A stretch of DNA of 64,000 bases from an uncultured delta proteobacterium (GCA_963706575.1 CAVPNL010000006.1:926519-990518), one strand, 5' to 3'. Positions 40,565 to 50,716 are shown, counted from the stretch's first letter. The notes: a model not told the origin generated them from the letters alone. Numbers and translations: made by a program.

Positions 40565-41749
40565 TCACCCATTAACCGCTTTTCCGATTTTACGGCCATA
40601 CGCATAGCAATTTTCGAGGCCCTTTTTGTCGGGGACATACTGTATTTTTAAACCCGGATCGATGATATTAAATTTCATCGATTCGAGTTCATTGGTAATT
40701 ATCTTGACGGCCTCGCCACTCCATCCATAGGACCCAAAAGCGCCGCCGATTTTGTTCAGCGGTTTAAGTCCTTTCATATAAGACAGAAAATCCGCCAGAG
40801 ATGGAAACAGCCCGTTGTTGAGCGTCGGCCCACCCACCACGATTGCTTTGGCATCAAAAACTTCGGTCATCACTTCACTGCGGTGCCATTTTCTCAGGTG
40901 CAAGGGTTTGGCCGGCACCCCTTCTTTATTAATGCCGGCGGCAATGGCTTCAGCCATCTTTTCGGTGCTCTGCCACATGGTATCGTAAATGACCACGGCT
41001 TTCTTTTCCGGTATTTGTTCGCACCATTTTACATACGCATTAATGATCTTTGCTGGATCTTTGCGCCAGATGACGCCATGGTCGGGGCAGATCATGTTAA
41101 ATTCCATGCCCGCGTCGATGACATTTTTGAGGTATTTTTTGATCAGCGGAACATATAGGAGCAAAATGTTAGCAAAATATTTTTTGGCATGGACCATGAT
41201 CGCTTCGCCGATCTGATCGTCAAAGCGCTCGGGGCCTGCAAAATGCTGCCCGAAGCCATCGCTTGAGAAAAGAATTTTGTCTTCCTTTAAATAGGTAAAC
41301 ATGCTGTCGGGCCAGTGGACCATGCGGGTTTCAATAAAACTCAGTGTTTTTTTGCCCAGGCTCAGTTCGTCGCCGGTCGCGACGGGCTGGTAATTCCAGC
41401 TGCGGGAAAAATGGCGGGGTAGATTCTTGTGGCCCATTTTTGAGCAAATCAATGGTTTGTCTTCACCGACCCGATGCATCACGCGGGCCAGGCTGCCGGA
41501 ATGGTCAAGCTCTGTGTGGTTGCTGATGACATAGTCGATTTTTTTGGGATCGACGATCGCTGAAATATTGTCGAGCAGCTGATCCGCAAACACTTTTTTA
41601 ACAGTATCCAGCAACGCTATTTTTTTATCAACAATTAAAAACGCATTATACGTTGTCCCCAGATCGGTCGAATATCCGTGAAAATCCCGGATATTCCAGT
41701 CGGTAACGCCAACGTCATAAACCCCTGGTGCAATTTCTCTTGGTTCCAT
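40565..41749 (-). CDS. fprA: Flavodiiron protein (rubredoxin:oxygen/NO oxidoreductase)
   Basis: GTTYNAFL, HTELDH, HWPD, SSDGFGQH, PDHG, FGSYGWSGEA. Confidence 0.95.
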   Translation of the reverse strand: MEPREIAPGVYDVGVTDWNIRDFHGYSTDLGTTYNAFLIVDKKIALLDTVKKVFADQLLDNISAIVDPKKIDYVISNHTELDHSGSLARVMHRVGEDKPLICSKMGHKNLPRHFSRSWNYQPVATGDELSLGKKTLSFIETRMVHWPDSMFTYLKEDKILFSSDGFGQHFAGPERFDDQIGEAIMVHAKKYFANILLLYVPLIKKYLKNVIDAGMEFNMICPDHGVIWRKDPAKIINAYVKWCEQIPEKKAVVIYDTMWQSTEKMAEAIAAGINKEGVPAKPLHLRKWHRSEVMTEVFDAKAIVVGGPTLNNGLFPSLADFLSYMKGLKPLNKIGGAFGSYGWSGEAVKIITNELESMKFNIIDPGLKIQYVPDKKGLENCYAYGRKIGKAVNG

Positions 41750-41944
41750 ATTCCTCTCCAGTTTGGTGATATCCTGTTTATACCCCACGCAACCTGCCGG
41801 CAATCAATTCGTTGCCGACCTTTTTTCTTCCGCGGTAACCTTCAGCTAAAAATATTTGATGCCCTTTTCGTCAGCGGATATTTCGCCGGCACAAAAGGGC
41901 ATCGAATACGATTCGCGCCTAAAATTCAGGTGACGCTCAACGGA

Positions 41945-42103
41945 CTACTCTTTTTCAAAGTCTGCCTTGGAAGCTCCGCATACCGGGCATTCCCAATCAT
42001 CCGGCACATCTTCCCATTTCGTTCCAGCTGCCACGCCACTATCCGGATCTCCCTGTTCTGGATCATAAACATATCCACAGATGCCACATACATACCTGTC
42101 CAT
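41945..42103 (-). CDS. Rubredoxin (52 aa, not in ORF track)
   Basis: [62 protein letters not shown]. Confidence 0.97.
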   Translation of the reverse strand: MDRYVCGICGYVYDPEQGDPDSGVAAGTKWEDVPDDWECPVCGASKADFEKE

Positions 42104-42482
42104 TATAATCCTCCTTTTGTTTGTTACCTAATTTGAGCGATTGTTGAGGTTGCCGCAGCTACAAGGAAGATGTCGTTCCACTATAGACCTCTATGTGTTT
42201 CCATGACGACATCAGACACCGTAGATGCGGTAAGATCGACAATCCCCTAAGGGATTTCAAATTTTAAAAATATAAATCGATAGAATTCATTTAATATAAA
42301 AAAAATTAGCCCTCTTTAAAATTTGAAACGATCAATTTAGGTATTGGTTAGTCGACGATAACGCCGCTAAATCAGAATCGGCGATCGTTTTCGAAAAATC
42401 ATCTGGTGCCCAAATTCTTCTATACCGTTCATGGGCCAGATTCAAGTCAATTTTTCTACTTCTTTAGTTTAATCAAATCTCA

Positions 42483-42662
42483 TCAGCCAAGCGGCTTAAA
42501 CATTTTTTTACCGGCACCGCACACCGGGCATTTCCAGTCATCCGGCAGGTCATTAAACTGGGTGCCCTTGGGGATTTTTCCTCTGCGATCCCCTCTGTCC
42601 GGATCATAAATGAATCCGCAATTAACGGTCTGGCATTGATACATTTCATGCGGCTCGGCCAT
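42483..42662 (-). CDS. Rubredoxin-like protein with CxxxxC first knuckle (59 aa, not in ORF track)
   Basis: MAEPHEMYQCQTVNCGFIYDPDRGD...DLPDDWKCPVCGAGKKMF; GGAGGA RBS. Confidence 0.95.
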   Translation of the reverse strand: MAEPHEMYQCQTVNCGFIYDPDRGDRRGKIPKGTQFNDLPDDWKCPVCGAGKKMFKPLG

Positions 42663-42820
42663 CTATCCTCCTGTTTGAATTAGACGATTAAAGCGATTAA
42701 AAGATAAAGATTTCACCACGAAGGACGCGAAGATCACGAAGTTTTAGAAAAATTGATATTATTCTTTGTGGTCTTCGTGACCTTTGTGGCTTATTTGTTC
42801 TTGGTTATGATTTTTCAGGA

Positions 42821-43792
42821 TCAGCTCAGTTCTTTAACCAGATTCTTGACGTTGTTTTCGATTTGATCGCGGACCTGGCGCATAAATTCAGGTGGCTTCC
42901 CCGCCGGGTCCGGCAGATCCCAGTCCAGCATTTGAGCCCCGGGCACAAAAGGGCATTCTTCGCCGCACCCCATGGTGACGATGAAATCCGGAGTCGTTTT
43001 TGAAATCGCCGATTCGATGCTTTGCGGGACGCGATAGGCCATATCGATCCCTTTTTCATGCATGGCCTTGACCATATCCGGATTAACCTGATCAGCCGGC
43101 TCGCTGCCGCCGTTGATCACCTCGAATTTGTCCCCTGCCAGATATTGAGCAAAGGCACCGGCCATCTGGCTGCGGCAGGCGTTTTCACGGCAGGCAAATA
43201 AGATTTTTTTCCTGTTCAGCAGCGGCCCGATGAGATCAGCGGCCGCCTTCTCGATATCCGCCATCACCTTCGGATGTTTGGCCATATCCTTGGGGCCTTC
43301 GATTTCGCGATAGGTCAGGCTGCCTTCAAAGCCGGCGTCAATGGCATCGAAGAAATATTTGGCGGTCAACTGCAGCCCTTCAAACAAACTTTTTCCTTTG
43401 CTGGCACCCACAGAAAGAAGAAACCCGCGTTTGGTTTTCTTTGCGGGATCGGTTAACCTGAGCTTATATTTTCTTGCCCAAAAGAGTTGGCAGCGATCAA
43501 CTAAGGCTTTAAGCTGGGCCGTCATATTAAAAAAGAAAATGGGGGTGGCCAACACGACGACTTCCGCCTGCCGGATCAATGGATAAATTTCGCTTTTGAC
43601 GTCGTCCTCGATCGGACAGTATCCCTTTCTCTCACAGACCACATATTCCTTGCAGGGGATGATATTTTTCTGGGTGACCTCAATGATGCGGGTCTGCGCT
43701 CCCAATTTTTCAACCGCTTGCATGAAATTTTTCAGTAAAAAAGAGGTGTTTCCCTTTTTGCGCGGACTGCCCTGAAAGCCGAGCACCAACAT
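42821..43792 (-). CDS. Flavodoxin-fold/iron-sulfur flavoprotein domain fused to ArsC/LMW-PTP domain
   Basis: GSPRKKGNT...TPIFF; then FACRENACRSQMA, TMGCGEECP, WDLPDP. Confidence 0.88.
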   Translation of the reverse strand: MLVLGFQGSPRKKGNTSFLLKNFMQAVEKLGAQTRIIEVTQKNIIPCKEYVVCERKGYCPIEDDVKSEIYPLIRQAEVVVLATPIFFFNMTAQLKALVDRCQLFWARKYKLRLTDPAKKTKRGFLLSVGASKGKSLFEGLQLTAKYFFDAIDAGFEGSLTYREIEGPKDMAKHPKVMADIEKAAADLIGPLLNRKKILFACRENACRSQMAGAFAQYLAGDKFEVINGGSEPADQVNPDMVKAMHEKGIDMAYRVPQSIESAISKTTPDFIVTMGCGEECPFVPGAQMLDWDLPDPAGKPPEFMRQVRDQIENNVKNLVKELS

Positions 43793-43804
43793 AAGACCTG
43801 CCCC

Positions 43805-44170
43805 TTATTTCTGTTCTTTAATGTGGCATTGTTTGCATGTCACCGGGCCTGCTTTTAGACCTTCCTTTTTCTTCTGCTTGTGGCATTTGGTGCATAGCTT
43901 GTTCATGACATATTTCTTTTTTAATTTGCCCTGGGCTTTAAGCTCCTTGATAATACCGGCTTTTTGCGGGAAAACAGAATGACAGATCTCACAGTCGCCC
44001 AGTTTATCCTGGTGCTGGTGATGGGGAAACGGAACCAGCCCCTGCTTGCCACCCGGAAGTTTGATTTCTGCGGCACCTTTATTCTCGACGGGGGCACTAC
44101 TTAAAGCAATCGAAACTGCGGCAAAAAACAGCATGCCGCTGCCCAGAAGCAGAAGTAACCTAATTTTCAT
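43805..44170 (-). CDS. Small triheme c-type cytochrome (c3/c7-like)
   Basis: Signal peptide; FPHHQH; CEICH, CTKCH, CKQCH. Confidence 0.9.
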   Translation of the reverse strand: MKIRLLLLLGSGMLFFAAVSIALSSAPVENKGAAEIKLPGGKQGLVPFPHHQHQDKLGDCEICHSVFPQKAGIIKELKAQGKLKKKYVMNKLCTKCHKQKKKEGLKAGPVTCKQCHIKEQK

Positions 44171-44270
44171 CGATGATCTCCCATTCAACATCGCATGTCA
44201 GAGTAAAATGCTTAGCTTAGCGATCAACAGGCAGCTTGAAGCATGAATCCGTCAATTTCCGCGCAGCCTT

Positions 44271-44483
44271 TTAGCGTGGAGAAATACTTTTACCTTCCCC
44301 TTCCAGTTGACACTGGGAAAAGTCGATGGGTTCGTCGCACTTGCTGCAGGTGTGCGGCCGGTCAAATTCATCTGAAAAAATTTCTTTGACTTCGCCGCAT
44401 TTGGGGCATGCACATGTAAATGATTTGAGGGTTTTAAAATTCGCGTAACCCGGGCAATGCTGTGGTGTAGATGTATCGGCCAT
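44271..44483 (-). CDS. Small Cys-rich metal-binding protein
   Basis: HCPG...CPKCG..KEIFSDE...CSKC; GGAGG RBS. Confidence 0.78.
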   Translation of the reverse strand: MADTSTPQHCPGYANFKTLKSFTCACPKCGEVKEIFSDEFDRPHTCSKCDEPIDFSQCQLEGEGKSISPR

Positions 44484-44495
44484 GATTTCCTCCAT

Positions 44496-44933
44496 TTAGA
44501 TTTTTAACTTTTTTGCAATTTCTCTTCCATAGTCCTGGGCCATTTGCAGGCCGCCCTCGAGGAGGCTTGATTTTAAGCGCAGGGTATCCCCGACGACGTC
44601 CATTTTTAAGATGTGTTTCATCGTATCAAAAATTCGATCGTTGGCTTCTCCGCTCCATCCAAAGGAGCCGAAAGCGCCGCCGGGCTTTCCTGCAAGGTTT
44701 GCCTTTTCGGCTATAAAAAGAAAAGTCTTCATGGCCTGCAGCATTTCACCGTGATAAGTGGATGACCCGAAAACATAGGCATCAAAGCCTTCAAGATCGG
44801 CTTCACTTTTGATATTTTTGGCTTCTATCACTTCGGCTTCGTGGCCTGAAAATCGAAATCCTTCGGCAATGAGATCCGCGATTTGCCGGGTTTCGCCCGT
44901 GCGTGTGGCATATACGATCAGTGCTTTAGGCAT
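44496..44933 (-). CDS. Flavodoxin-domain protein
   Basis: YATRTGET, GSSTYHG, FGSFGWSGEA. Confidence 0.9.
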   Translation of the reverse strand: MPKALIVYATRTGETRQIADLIAEGFRFSGHEAEVIEAKNIKSEADLEGFDAYVFGSSTYHGEMLQAMKTFLFIAEKANLAGKPGGAFGSFGWSGEANDRIFDTMKHILKMDVVGDTLRLKSSLLEGGLQMAQDYGREIAKKLKI

Positions 44934-45003
44934 GGTCGTCCCTTCATCCATGTTATAACTTTTTCATCGTAAGGTTTTCAGCTATCTGCCGTCTGGGAAA
45001 AAA

Positions 45004-45177
45004 TTATTTTTTTGGACCGGCAATTCTGTCATCGGTGCCCTCTGCCGCACAATCCGGCGTGTAGCAGGTGTTGTCTAAAAATTCACATTTTTCTTTACAG
45101 GACGGGCACTCGTTGGGGTGGGTATCGGCATCAAAGGTGTACCCACAATTCGAGCATTTCCAACTGGGCATTGTCAT
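45004..45177 (-). CDS. Small rubredoxin-like protein (57 aa, not in ORF track)
   Basis: MTMPSWKCSNCGYTFDADTHPNECPSCKEKCEFLDNTCYTPDC...; AAGGAGG RBS. Confidence 0.88.
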   Translation of the reverse strand: MTMPSWKCSNCGYTFDADTHPNECPSCKEKCEFLDNTCYTPDCAAEGTDDRIAGPKK

Positions 45178-45356
45178 ACCTCCTTGTTGTTTCAGGCTTC
45201 TGGCCGCTTGCTTCTTGCTCCTGGCTTCGAGGTTCTGATTGTTCGAGAGAAAATCATTGCATGAATGCGTGTTCCCATAAAAAAGAACGGGTAAGCCCCA
45301 GTTTGCAATTAGCGTGTAACCAGCTGCCAGAAGCCAGGAACCAGAAGCATTTGTTT

Positions 45357-45872
45357 CTAGTTCGATTCTTCGGAACCTCCTGACGGACTGCGCTTGGCCA
45401 GCTCCCGATCGATCATAAACAGACCGCCCTGGGCATCCCCCATCAGTTTGAGTTGTTCTAGAACGCCGCCGACATTTTCTTCTTCCTCAACCTGTTCGGA
45501 AACAAACCACTGCAAAAAAATATTGGTAGCGTGGTCGCGTTCTTCATGGGCGATTTCCACCAGATCATTGATTAAACCCGTAACCTTCTGTTCGTGTGCC
45601 AGGGTGGCTTCAAAGACAGCCATGGGAGAATCCCATTCGGTCGGCGGGGCCTCTATCTGCGTCAATTGGACCTTTCCGCCCCGTTGGATGACAAAATCAT
45701 AAAACTTCAGGGAATGTTCTAATTCTTCCTGTGCCTGGTAATGCATCCAATTGGCAAAGCCATCCAGATTAACCGATTTAAAATAGGCATTCATTGACAG
45801 ATACAGGTAAGAAGAATAAAGCTCCGCATTCAGCTGGCCGTTGAGTGCTGTTTGCATTTTTTCAGTTAACAT
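45357..45872 (-). CDS. ftn: Non-heme ferritin
   Basis: [36 protein letters not shown]. Confidence 0.95.
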   Translation of the reverse strand: MLTEKMQTALNGQLNAELYSSYLYLSMNAYFKSVNLDGFANWMHYQAQEELEHSLKFYDFVIQRGGKVQLTQIEAPPTEWDSPMAVFEATLAHEQKVTGLINDLVEIAHEERDHATNIFLQWFVSEQVEEEENVGGVLEQLKLMGDAQGGLFMIDRELAKRSPSGGSEESN

Positions 45873-45877
45873 GGCCG

Positions 45878-46252
45878 TTATCCTTTCCAAAGACCGTGAA
45901 GATTGCAATATTCGCGGGCGGTCACATTGTGCGATTCTCCCTTAAATACGGCTTCAGGCGCTTCGCCGGGCTTGAGAAACTGGCGGTCGGCTTTGCCGTC
46001 TACGATAATTTCAATCCATTCAATGAAATGTTTTTCCTCCATGGGATGGGGCACCTCACCCACTTTTACTTTAACACCGCCATCAACTTTTTCAATAACC
46101 GGAACATGTTTTTCCTTGGCCGCGTCAACGGTATTTTCAACCATTTGCACCATGGGCTCCCCGCAGCATACCAGTTCCCCGCCGCCGCCGTGCAGAACCT
46201 CGACAATATTCCCACAAGCCTCGCATTTATAAACTTCCAATCTTTCTGCCAT
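45878..46252 (-). CDS. dfx: Desulfoferrodoxin (superoxide reductase)
   Basis: CEACGN...VCC; EKHVP; HPM...H; CNLHGLW. Confidence 0.97.
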   Translation of the reverse strand: MAERLEVYKCEACGNIVEVLHGGGGELVCCGEPMVQMVENTVDAAKEKHVPVIEKVDGGVKVKVGEVPHPMEEKHFIEWIEIIVDGKADRQFLKPGEAPEAVFKGESHNVTAREYCNLHGLWKG

Positions 46253-46339
46253 TGTAGCCTCCTTTTGTGTTTAGCTTAATCGCTAAAAGTAAATTGGTCC
46301 GCCTTGGGCGGATTAAGCCAGTTGTGCCCGTTACAAGAA

Positions 46340-46467
46340 AGTGCCTAAAATGCCTAAAATGAGCTAAAATGCCTAAAGTTATGGTGTCGCTATGCTCCAT
46401 CTATTTAATAAAATGGACAGAATTCCTCAATTTTAGGCATTTTAAACTTTAGTTCATTTTAGGCACT
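46340..46467. repeat. Inverted tandem (TGCCTAAAA)n element
   Basis: Arms of 9-11 nt units; reverse-complement homologue at 49692-49823; related element at 54122-54224. Confidence 0.8.
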
Positions 46468-46593
46468 CCATATGTGAGCATTTTAAAACGGTTTACCGAA
46501 CACCTTCATCCTCATACAAATAGATGTGAAATCCCGCATTTTTTGGCGGGGCAACGCCGCCAGCGGACAATAGATCAGGCTTAGAAACAAGTT

Positions 46594-47169
46594 TTACCAG
46601 TTTTCCCCGAGCAATTCAAAATGCGCCTGCGGATGGTCGCATGCCGGGCATTCTTCCGGCGCGCTTTCGCCTTCATGCAAATAACCGCAGTTTCGGCAGC
46701 GCCAGACAACCGATTGTTCTTTTCTAAAAACTGTATTGTTGGCGATATTGGCCGCAAGCGCCAGATAGCGCTTTTCATGTTGTTTTTCGGCCCCGGCGAT
46801 CGCCGTAAATATTTCGGCGATTTCCGCAAAACCTTCTTCTACAGCGATTTTTGCAAATCCGGGATACATATCGGTGTATTCATAATTTTCGCCGGCAGCG
46901 GCTTCCTTCAGATTATCGATCGTGTTACCGATCACTCCAGCCGGAAATGCCGCGGCAACTTCGACTTCGCCGCCCTCCAATAATTTAAATAATCTTTTGG
47001 CGTGTTCTTTTTCCTGGTTGGCAGTTTCCGTGAATATTTCCTGAATTTGTACATAACCATCCTTTTTTGCCTGGCTGGCAAAATAAGTATAACGGTTGCG
47101 TGCCTGAGACTCGCCGGCAAAAGCCGTCAGGATATTCTTTTCAGTCTGGGTTCCCTTTAAATTTCCCAT
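46594..47169 (-). CDS. rbr: Rubrerythrin
   Basis: [26 protein letters not shown]...CPAC.H. Confidence 0.97.
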   Translation of the reverse strand: MGNLKGTQTEKNILTAFAGESQARNRYTYFASQAKKDGYVQIQEIFTETANQEKEHAKRLFKLLEGGEVEVAAAFPAGVIGNTIDNLKEAAAGENYEYTDMYPGFAKIAVEEGFAEIAEIFTAIAGAEKQHEKRYLALAANIANNTVFRKEQSVVWRCRNCGYLHEGESAPEECPACDHPQAHFELLGENW

Positions 47170-47218
47170 TATTGTCCTCCCTTACTTTTTAAATTAACGA
47201 TTAAATCAGCTGGATGGA

Positions 47219-47428
47219 TTATTGCTGTTTCTGCCACCAGCCTTTAACAACATGATTTTGTTTTTCTTCTTCGGCCAGTTTTTTTAATTTGTAGGCAGAA
47301 TCCCTTAAAACACCATACAAAATGCCGCAACCATTATCTTCACGATCGGCATCCCCCCGGTCAGCCAACTCCATCATTTCCTCGACCAGCCTTAACGTCT
47401 TGATAATATGCAAATTGCAGGGTTTCAC
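47219..47428 (-). CDS. Small hypothetical protein
   Basis: GGAGG RBS + GTG; LADRGDADREDNGCGILYGVLRDSAYKL. Confidence 0.75.
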   Translation of the reverse strand: MKPCNLHIIKTLRLVEEMMELADRGDADREDNGCGILYGVLRDSAYKLKKLAEEEKQNHVVKGWWQKQQ

Positions 47429-47514
47429 AGAATTATCCCTCCAGCTGAATTTGATGCCTCATCTTCCCTCGGAAGGGAAAAAGGACAGCGCTTTTGAAGC
47501 ACCACTCAAGAGTT

Positions 47515-47530
47515 TTCAAATTCTGTGCCA
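47515..47530 (-). promoter_or_regulatory. Possible sigma54 promoter of the rbr cluster
   Basis: TGGCAC-AGAAT-TTGAA (non-canonical -12). Confidence 0.4.
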
Positions 47531-47978
47531 GGAAAAAAACAAAAATCCCCTTTAGAGGCCATGTCGGCTGGATGGGCGAATATCAGCGGTTGAGCGGGAA
47601 AGCCCTGCGATTTTGCATCTGTTGATCCGCCCGGTACGCCATATCTTTGCGATACATGAAACGACAATGATTTAACGGAATATCAGTGCGTTGCAAAGAT
47701 AATGTCTGGATATCATAATAAAAATGACAATGCAATAAGGTCTCAGAATAATTTTTGAAACACAATTGTCTCATAAGACAGAAATGGCAGGATTCGGATT
47801 CAGAGGGCGGAAGTCAGAGATCAGAGGATACAGGCGGTTTGTGAATTTAGATTTCGGAATGTGGAGGGTGGGATATGATATAAAACGCAGGGCTCAAAGC
47901 CGAACGGGCGGTTGAGAAGAAGGGATGTTTTCTTTTTTGCCTTGAACCCTAAGCCCTGCGCCGTAAGCCTGTTTTTAA

Positions 47979-48758
47979 TTAAGCGGCTTTTACCTGAGTC
48001 CGCTGTAAGATTTTGCCTCTGGTGCTAATCACGACTTCTTCCATCGGTATATCGACACCGGACATTTCCATGCCTTTTTTTACAATCATTGGAAGGCCGC
48101 CACAGCAGGGCACCTCCATGATGACCGCGGTGATGCTTTTGATACCGGATTCTTTGCAGATCTGGGCGAATTTTTCGATGTAAAACTGTGCATTATCAAG
48201 CTTGGGACATCCCATCATCACGGCTTTGCCTTTGATAAAGTCACGATGCACCGTGGGGAACGCCACCGGGACGCAATCTGCCAGAACCAGCAAATCGGCA
48301 CCTTTTAAAAAGGGCGCCGTCGGCGGGACCAGCATGATTTGAACCGGCCAATGAGAAAGGGCTGATTCTGCTTCCTCGAAGGCGGCCGGTTTATTGGCTT
48401 CCTGACAGGGTGACAGCGCCGAGGTGGATTCCGGCGAAGCGAAACTCTGGAGCCGGGCGGACGGGCAGCCGCCGCTAAAAGCCGGTGCTTGCTGGGCGGG
48501 CTCTTCCTGCTGTTTTTGGGCCAGAAGTTCTTCAACAGCTTCTTCATCGAATTCGTCGGCCTCACGCTCTACGATTTTAAGGGCGCCCATTGGGCATTCT
48601 CCCAGGCAGGCACCCAGACCGTCACAGTAGATTTCAGCAATTACGCGGGCTTTACCGTCTATGATTTCCAGCGCGCCCTCAGCACAGGACGGCACACAGT
48701 TGCCGCATCCGTCACAGAGTTCTTCGTCAATTTCGATAATTTTACGCACGGTTTTCAT
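47979..48758 (-). CDS. 4Fe-4S ferredoxin-domain protein (type often linked to hcp)
   Basis: CDGCGNCVPSC.EGA; CDGLGACLGECP; GCP; HWPVQ; GCPKLD; MEVPCC. Confidence 0.88.
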   Translation of the reverse strand: MKTVRKIIEIDEELCDGCGNCVPSCAEGALEIIDGKARVIAEIYCDGLGACLGECPMGALKIVEREADEFDEEAVEELLAQKQQEEPAQQAPAFSGGCPSARLQSFASPESTSALSPCQEANKPAAFEEAESALSHWPVQIMLVPPTAPFLKGADLLVLADCVPVAFPTVHRDFIKGKAVMMGCPKLDNAQFYIEKFAQICKESGIKSITAVIMEVPCCGGLPMIVKKGMEMSGVDIPMEEVVISTRGKILQRTQVKAA

Positions 48759-48836
48759 TTGTCTCTCCTCTGATTCTTTTGTTATGTTCGGTTAATTTGC
48801 ACCTTAATGCATTTGTATTCAAAAATGGGTTCTAAG

Positions 48837-49568
48837 TTATCCACCCAGCAGGACCTCTCTGGCCGCTTCCCGTCCACTGTCGGTCAGAAAAGATTTTTCG
48901 ATCAGCTTCTCCATTTCTTCCTTGCTGCGGGGTGCTTTTTTTTGCTTTTCATCTAAATTTTCCAGAAGATCGGAATCGTAGACAACTTTGAAGTTCAGGC
49001 TGTCGTCGGAACGCGGGTGATGGTGGTGCCCGACGATATCACAAACCTCATTGATCAATTCTTCGTTGGCGCCGAGTTTCTCCAATATGGACCGGGCGAT
49101 GGGCGGCCCTTCTGCTTCCTGAAATTCGGCGGCCGTGCTGCCGTGCTTTCTCTCTGCCTCGTGAATGCCAATATCGTGTAAATATGCTGCCGCTAAAATG
49201 ACAGCCAGCATACCTTTTTCCTTTTTACCGATCCGTTCGGCATAGCGGGCGACCCGGGTGGCATGACCGATACGTTTAAAATCATTTTTAAAATAGCGCT
49301 TCATCTCGATGGCCACACGATCCTTTAGCAGGTCCTCTTTTTGTGCAATGAGCTCCGGCGGCAGGTCCCCGATACATTGCTCGGCATATGGACAGTAAGC
49401 CGCACAGCCAAAATCCATATCCGGATTCACAAAGCGATGACCGCATTTATCGCATTTGCGGCTGGTGTCGTCCTTAAAAAACTCAACAGGGTTGCTGCAT
49501 TTCGGACACTTGGCTTCAAAAATTGCCCCAGGTTTCCAGTAAAGTGTATCTTGCCCCGGACATTTCAT
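48837..49568 (-). CDS. HD-domain protein with Cys-rich N-terminus
   Basis: MKCPGQD...CPKC...CDKC...CAAYCPYAEQC; RIGH; LHDIG; HHH; YDSD. Confidence 0.88.
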   Translation of the reverse strand: MKCPGQDTLYWKPGAIFEAKCPKCSNPVEFFKDDTSRKCDKCGHRFVNPDMDFGCAAYCPYAEQCIGDLPPELIAQKEDLLKDRVAIEMKRYFKNDFKRIGHATRVARYAERIGKKEKGMLAVILAAAYLHDIGIHEAERKHGSTAAEFQEAEGPPIARSILEKLGANEELINEVCDIVGHHHHPRSDDSLNFKVVYDSDLLENLDEKQKKAPRSKEEMEKLIEKSFLTDSGREAAREVLLGG

Positions 49569-49669
49569 GATTTTTTCCTTTTGATGAGTTCACTCAGCAG
49601 CCATTGTCAATCGATTGTTCTTTATGGCCGATTATGATCCGAATTTAACGGATAAATGCGCACTTTACA

Positions 49670-49683
49670 TTGACTTATATCAA
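49670..49683. promoter_or_regulatory. FNR/HcpR-type box
   Basis: TTGAC-TTAT-ATCAA. Confidence 0.7.
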
Positions 49684-49691
49684 GATTTTAA

Positions 49692-49823
49692 AAAATGAGC
49701 TAAAATTATAAATGATCTAAAATGCCTAAAATTGAGGAATTCTATCAAATTCAATACAAAAGATGGAGCGCAGCGAAACCTTAACTTTAGGCATTTTAGC
49801 TCATTTTAGTCATTTTAGGCACT
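49692..49823. repeat. Inverted tandem (TGCCTAAAA)n element
   Basis: Reverse-complement homologue of 46340-46467 including the spacer. Confidence 0.8.
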
Positions 49824-49898
49824 TCTAACCAGATGGCATCTTCGAAGATAACCTGCTATTTTTGACGTAGCTTATAGATAATTTATCTCTCCTAGACC

Positions 49899-49912
49899 TT
49901 GACATAGATCAA
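49899..49912. promoter_or_regulatory. FNR/HcpR-type box
   Basis: TTGAC-ATAG-ATCAA just upstream of the regulator ATG. Confidence 0.7.
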
Positions 49913-49934
49913 AAATGGATGCAAAAAATGAGTT

Positions 49935-50624
49935 ATGGAAAACATTCTAAACATAATATCGGCGATTCCGCTTTTCAATAGTCTACCCGATGACCAGTTA
50001 AGCGCCATCCGGCAGATTGCGGTTGAAAAGCAGTATAACAAAGGGCAGACCATATTTTCAGAAGAAGATGAAACCAAAGGCCTATTTGTTGTTGTTGACG
50101 GCCGGGTCAAAATTTATAAGGTTTCTTCTGAGGGTAAAGAACAGATCCTGCACATAATCGAAGCCGGGCAGTCTTTTGGAGAGGTAACCGTTTTTACCGG
50201 ACAGCAAATGCCGGCCAATGCGCAAGCCCTGGCGAAAAGCCGACTTCTTGTTTTCCCCAGAAGCGCCTTTGTGGCTCTGGTGACGGCCAACCCGTCCCTG
50301 GCCTTGAATCTGCTGGCAATTATGTCAAAAAAGCTGCGCCAGTTTGCGGCTCAAATTGAAAATTTGTCCCTGAAAGAGATTCCGGCACGCCTGGCCTCCT
50401 ATCTGATATATCTTGCAGAAGAGCAGGGCTCAGAGGATGCGGTCACTTTAAATGTATCCAAGGGCCAGCTTGCCAGCCTGCTGGGCACCATTCCGGAAAC
50501 ATTGTCCCGAATTTTTGCCAAGCTGTCCGGGCAAAACCTAATTCGCGTTGAGGGCCCCAAGATTACGTTGCTGGATCTTCAGGGGATTGAAGATCTTGCC
50601 GAATATGGCAAAGATATCGAATAA
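49935..50624 (+). CDS. Crp/Fnr family regulator (HcpR-like)
   Basis: GKEQILH, FGEV, RLASYL, LGTIPETLSR recognition helix. Confidence 0.93.
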   Translation: MENILNIISAIPLFNSLPDDQLSAIRQIAVEKQYNKGQTIFSEEDETKGLFVVVDGRVKIYKVSSEGKEQILHIIEAGQSFGEVTVFTGQQMPANAQALAKSRLLVFPRSAFVALVTANPSLALNLLAIMSKKLRQFAAQIENLSLKEIPARLASYLIYLAEEQGSEDAVTLNVSKGQLASLLGTIPETLSRIFAKLSGQNLIRVEGPKITLLDLQGIEDLAEYGKDIE

Positions 50625-50652
50625 AAAAAGCACCCATTCAGGTGCTTTTTTT
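50623..50652. terminator. Bidirectional rho-independent terminator
   Basis: AAAAAAAGCACC-CATTCA-GGTGCTTTTTTT between convergent genes. Confidence 0.75.
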
Positions 50653-50716
50653 GTTGGCATACCGGCGAATTCTTTTTTAAGCCATCGTGGCAAGATAATG
50701 GTTTCGAAACCCCGTT

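Noticed and set aside
42480..42485. Sec read-through at the TGA of the rubredoxin-like gene
   Set aside because: Domain is complete, two TGA codons occur in tandem, and no hairpin follows
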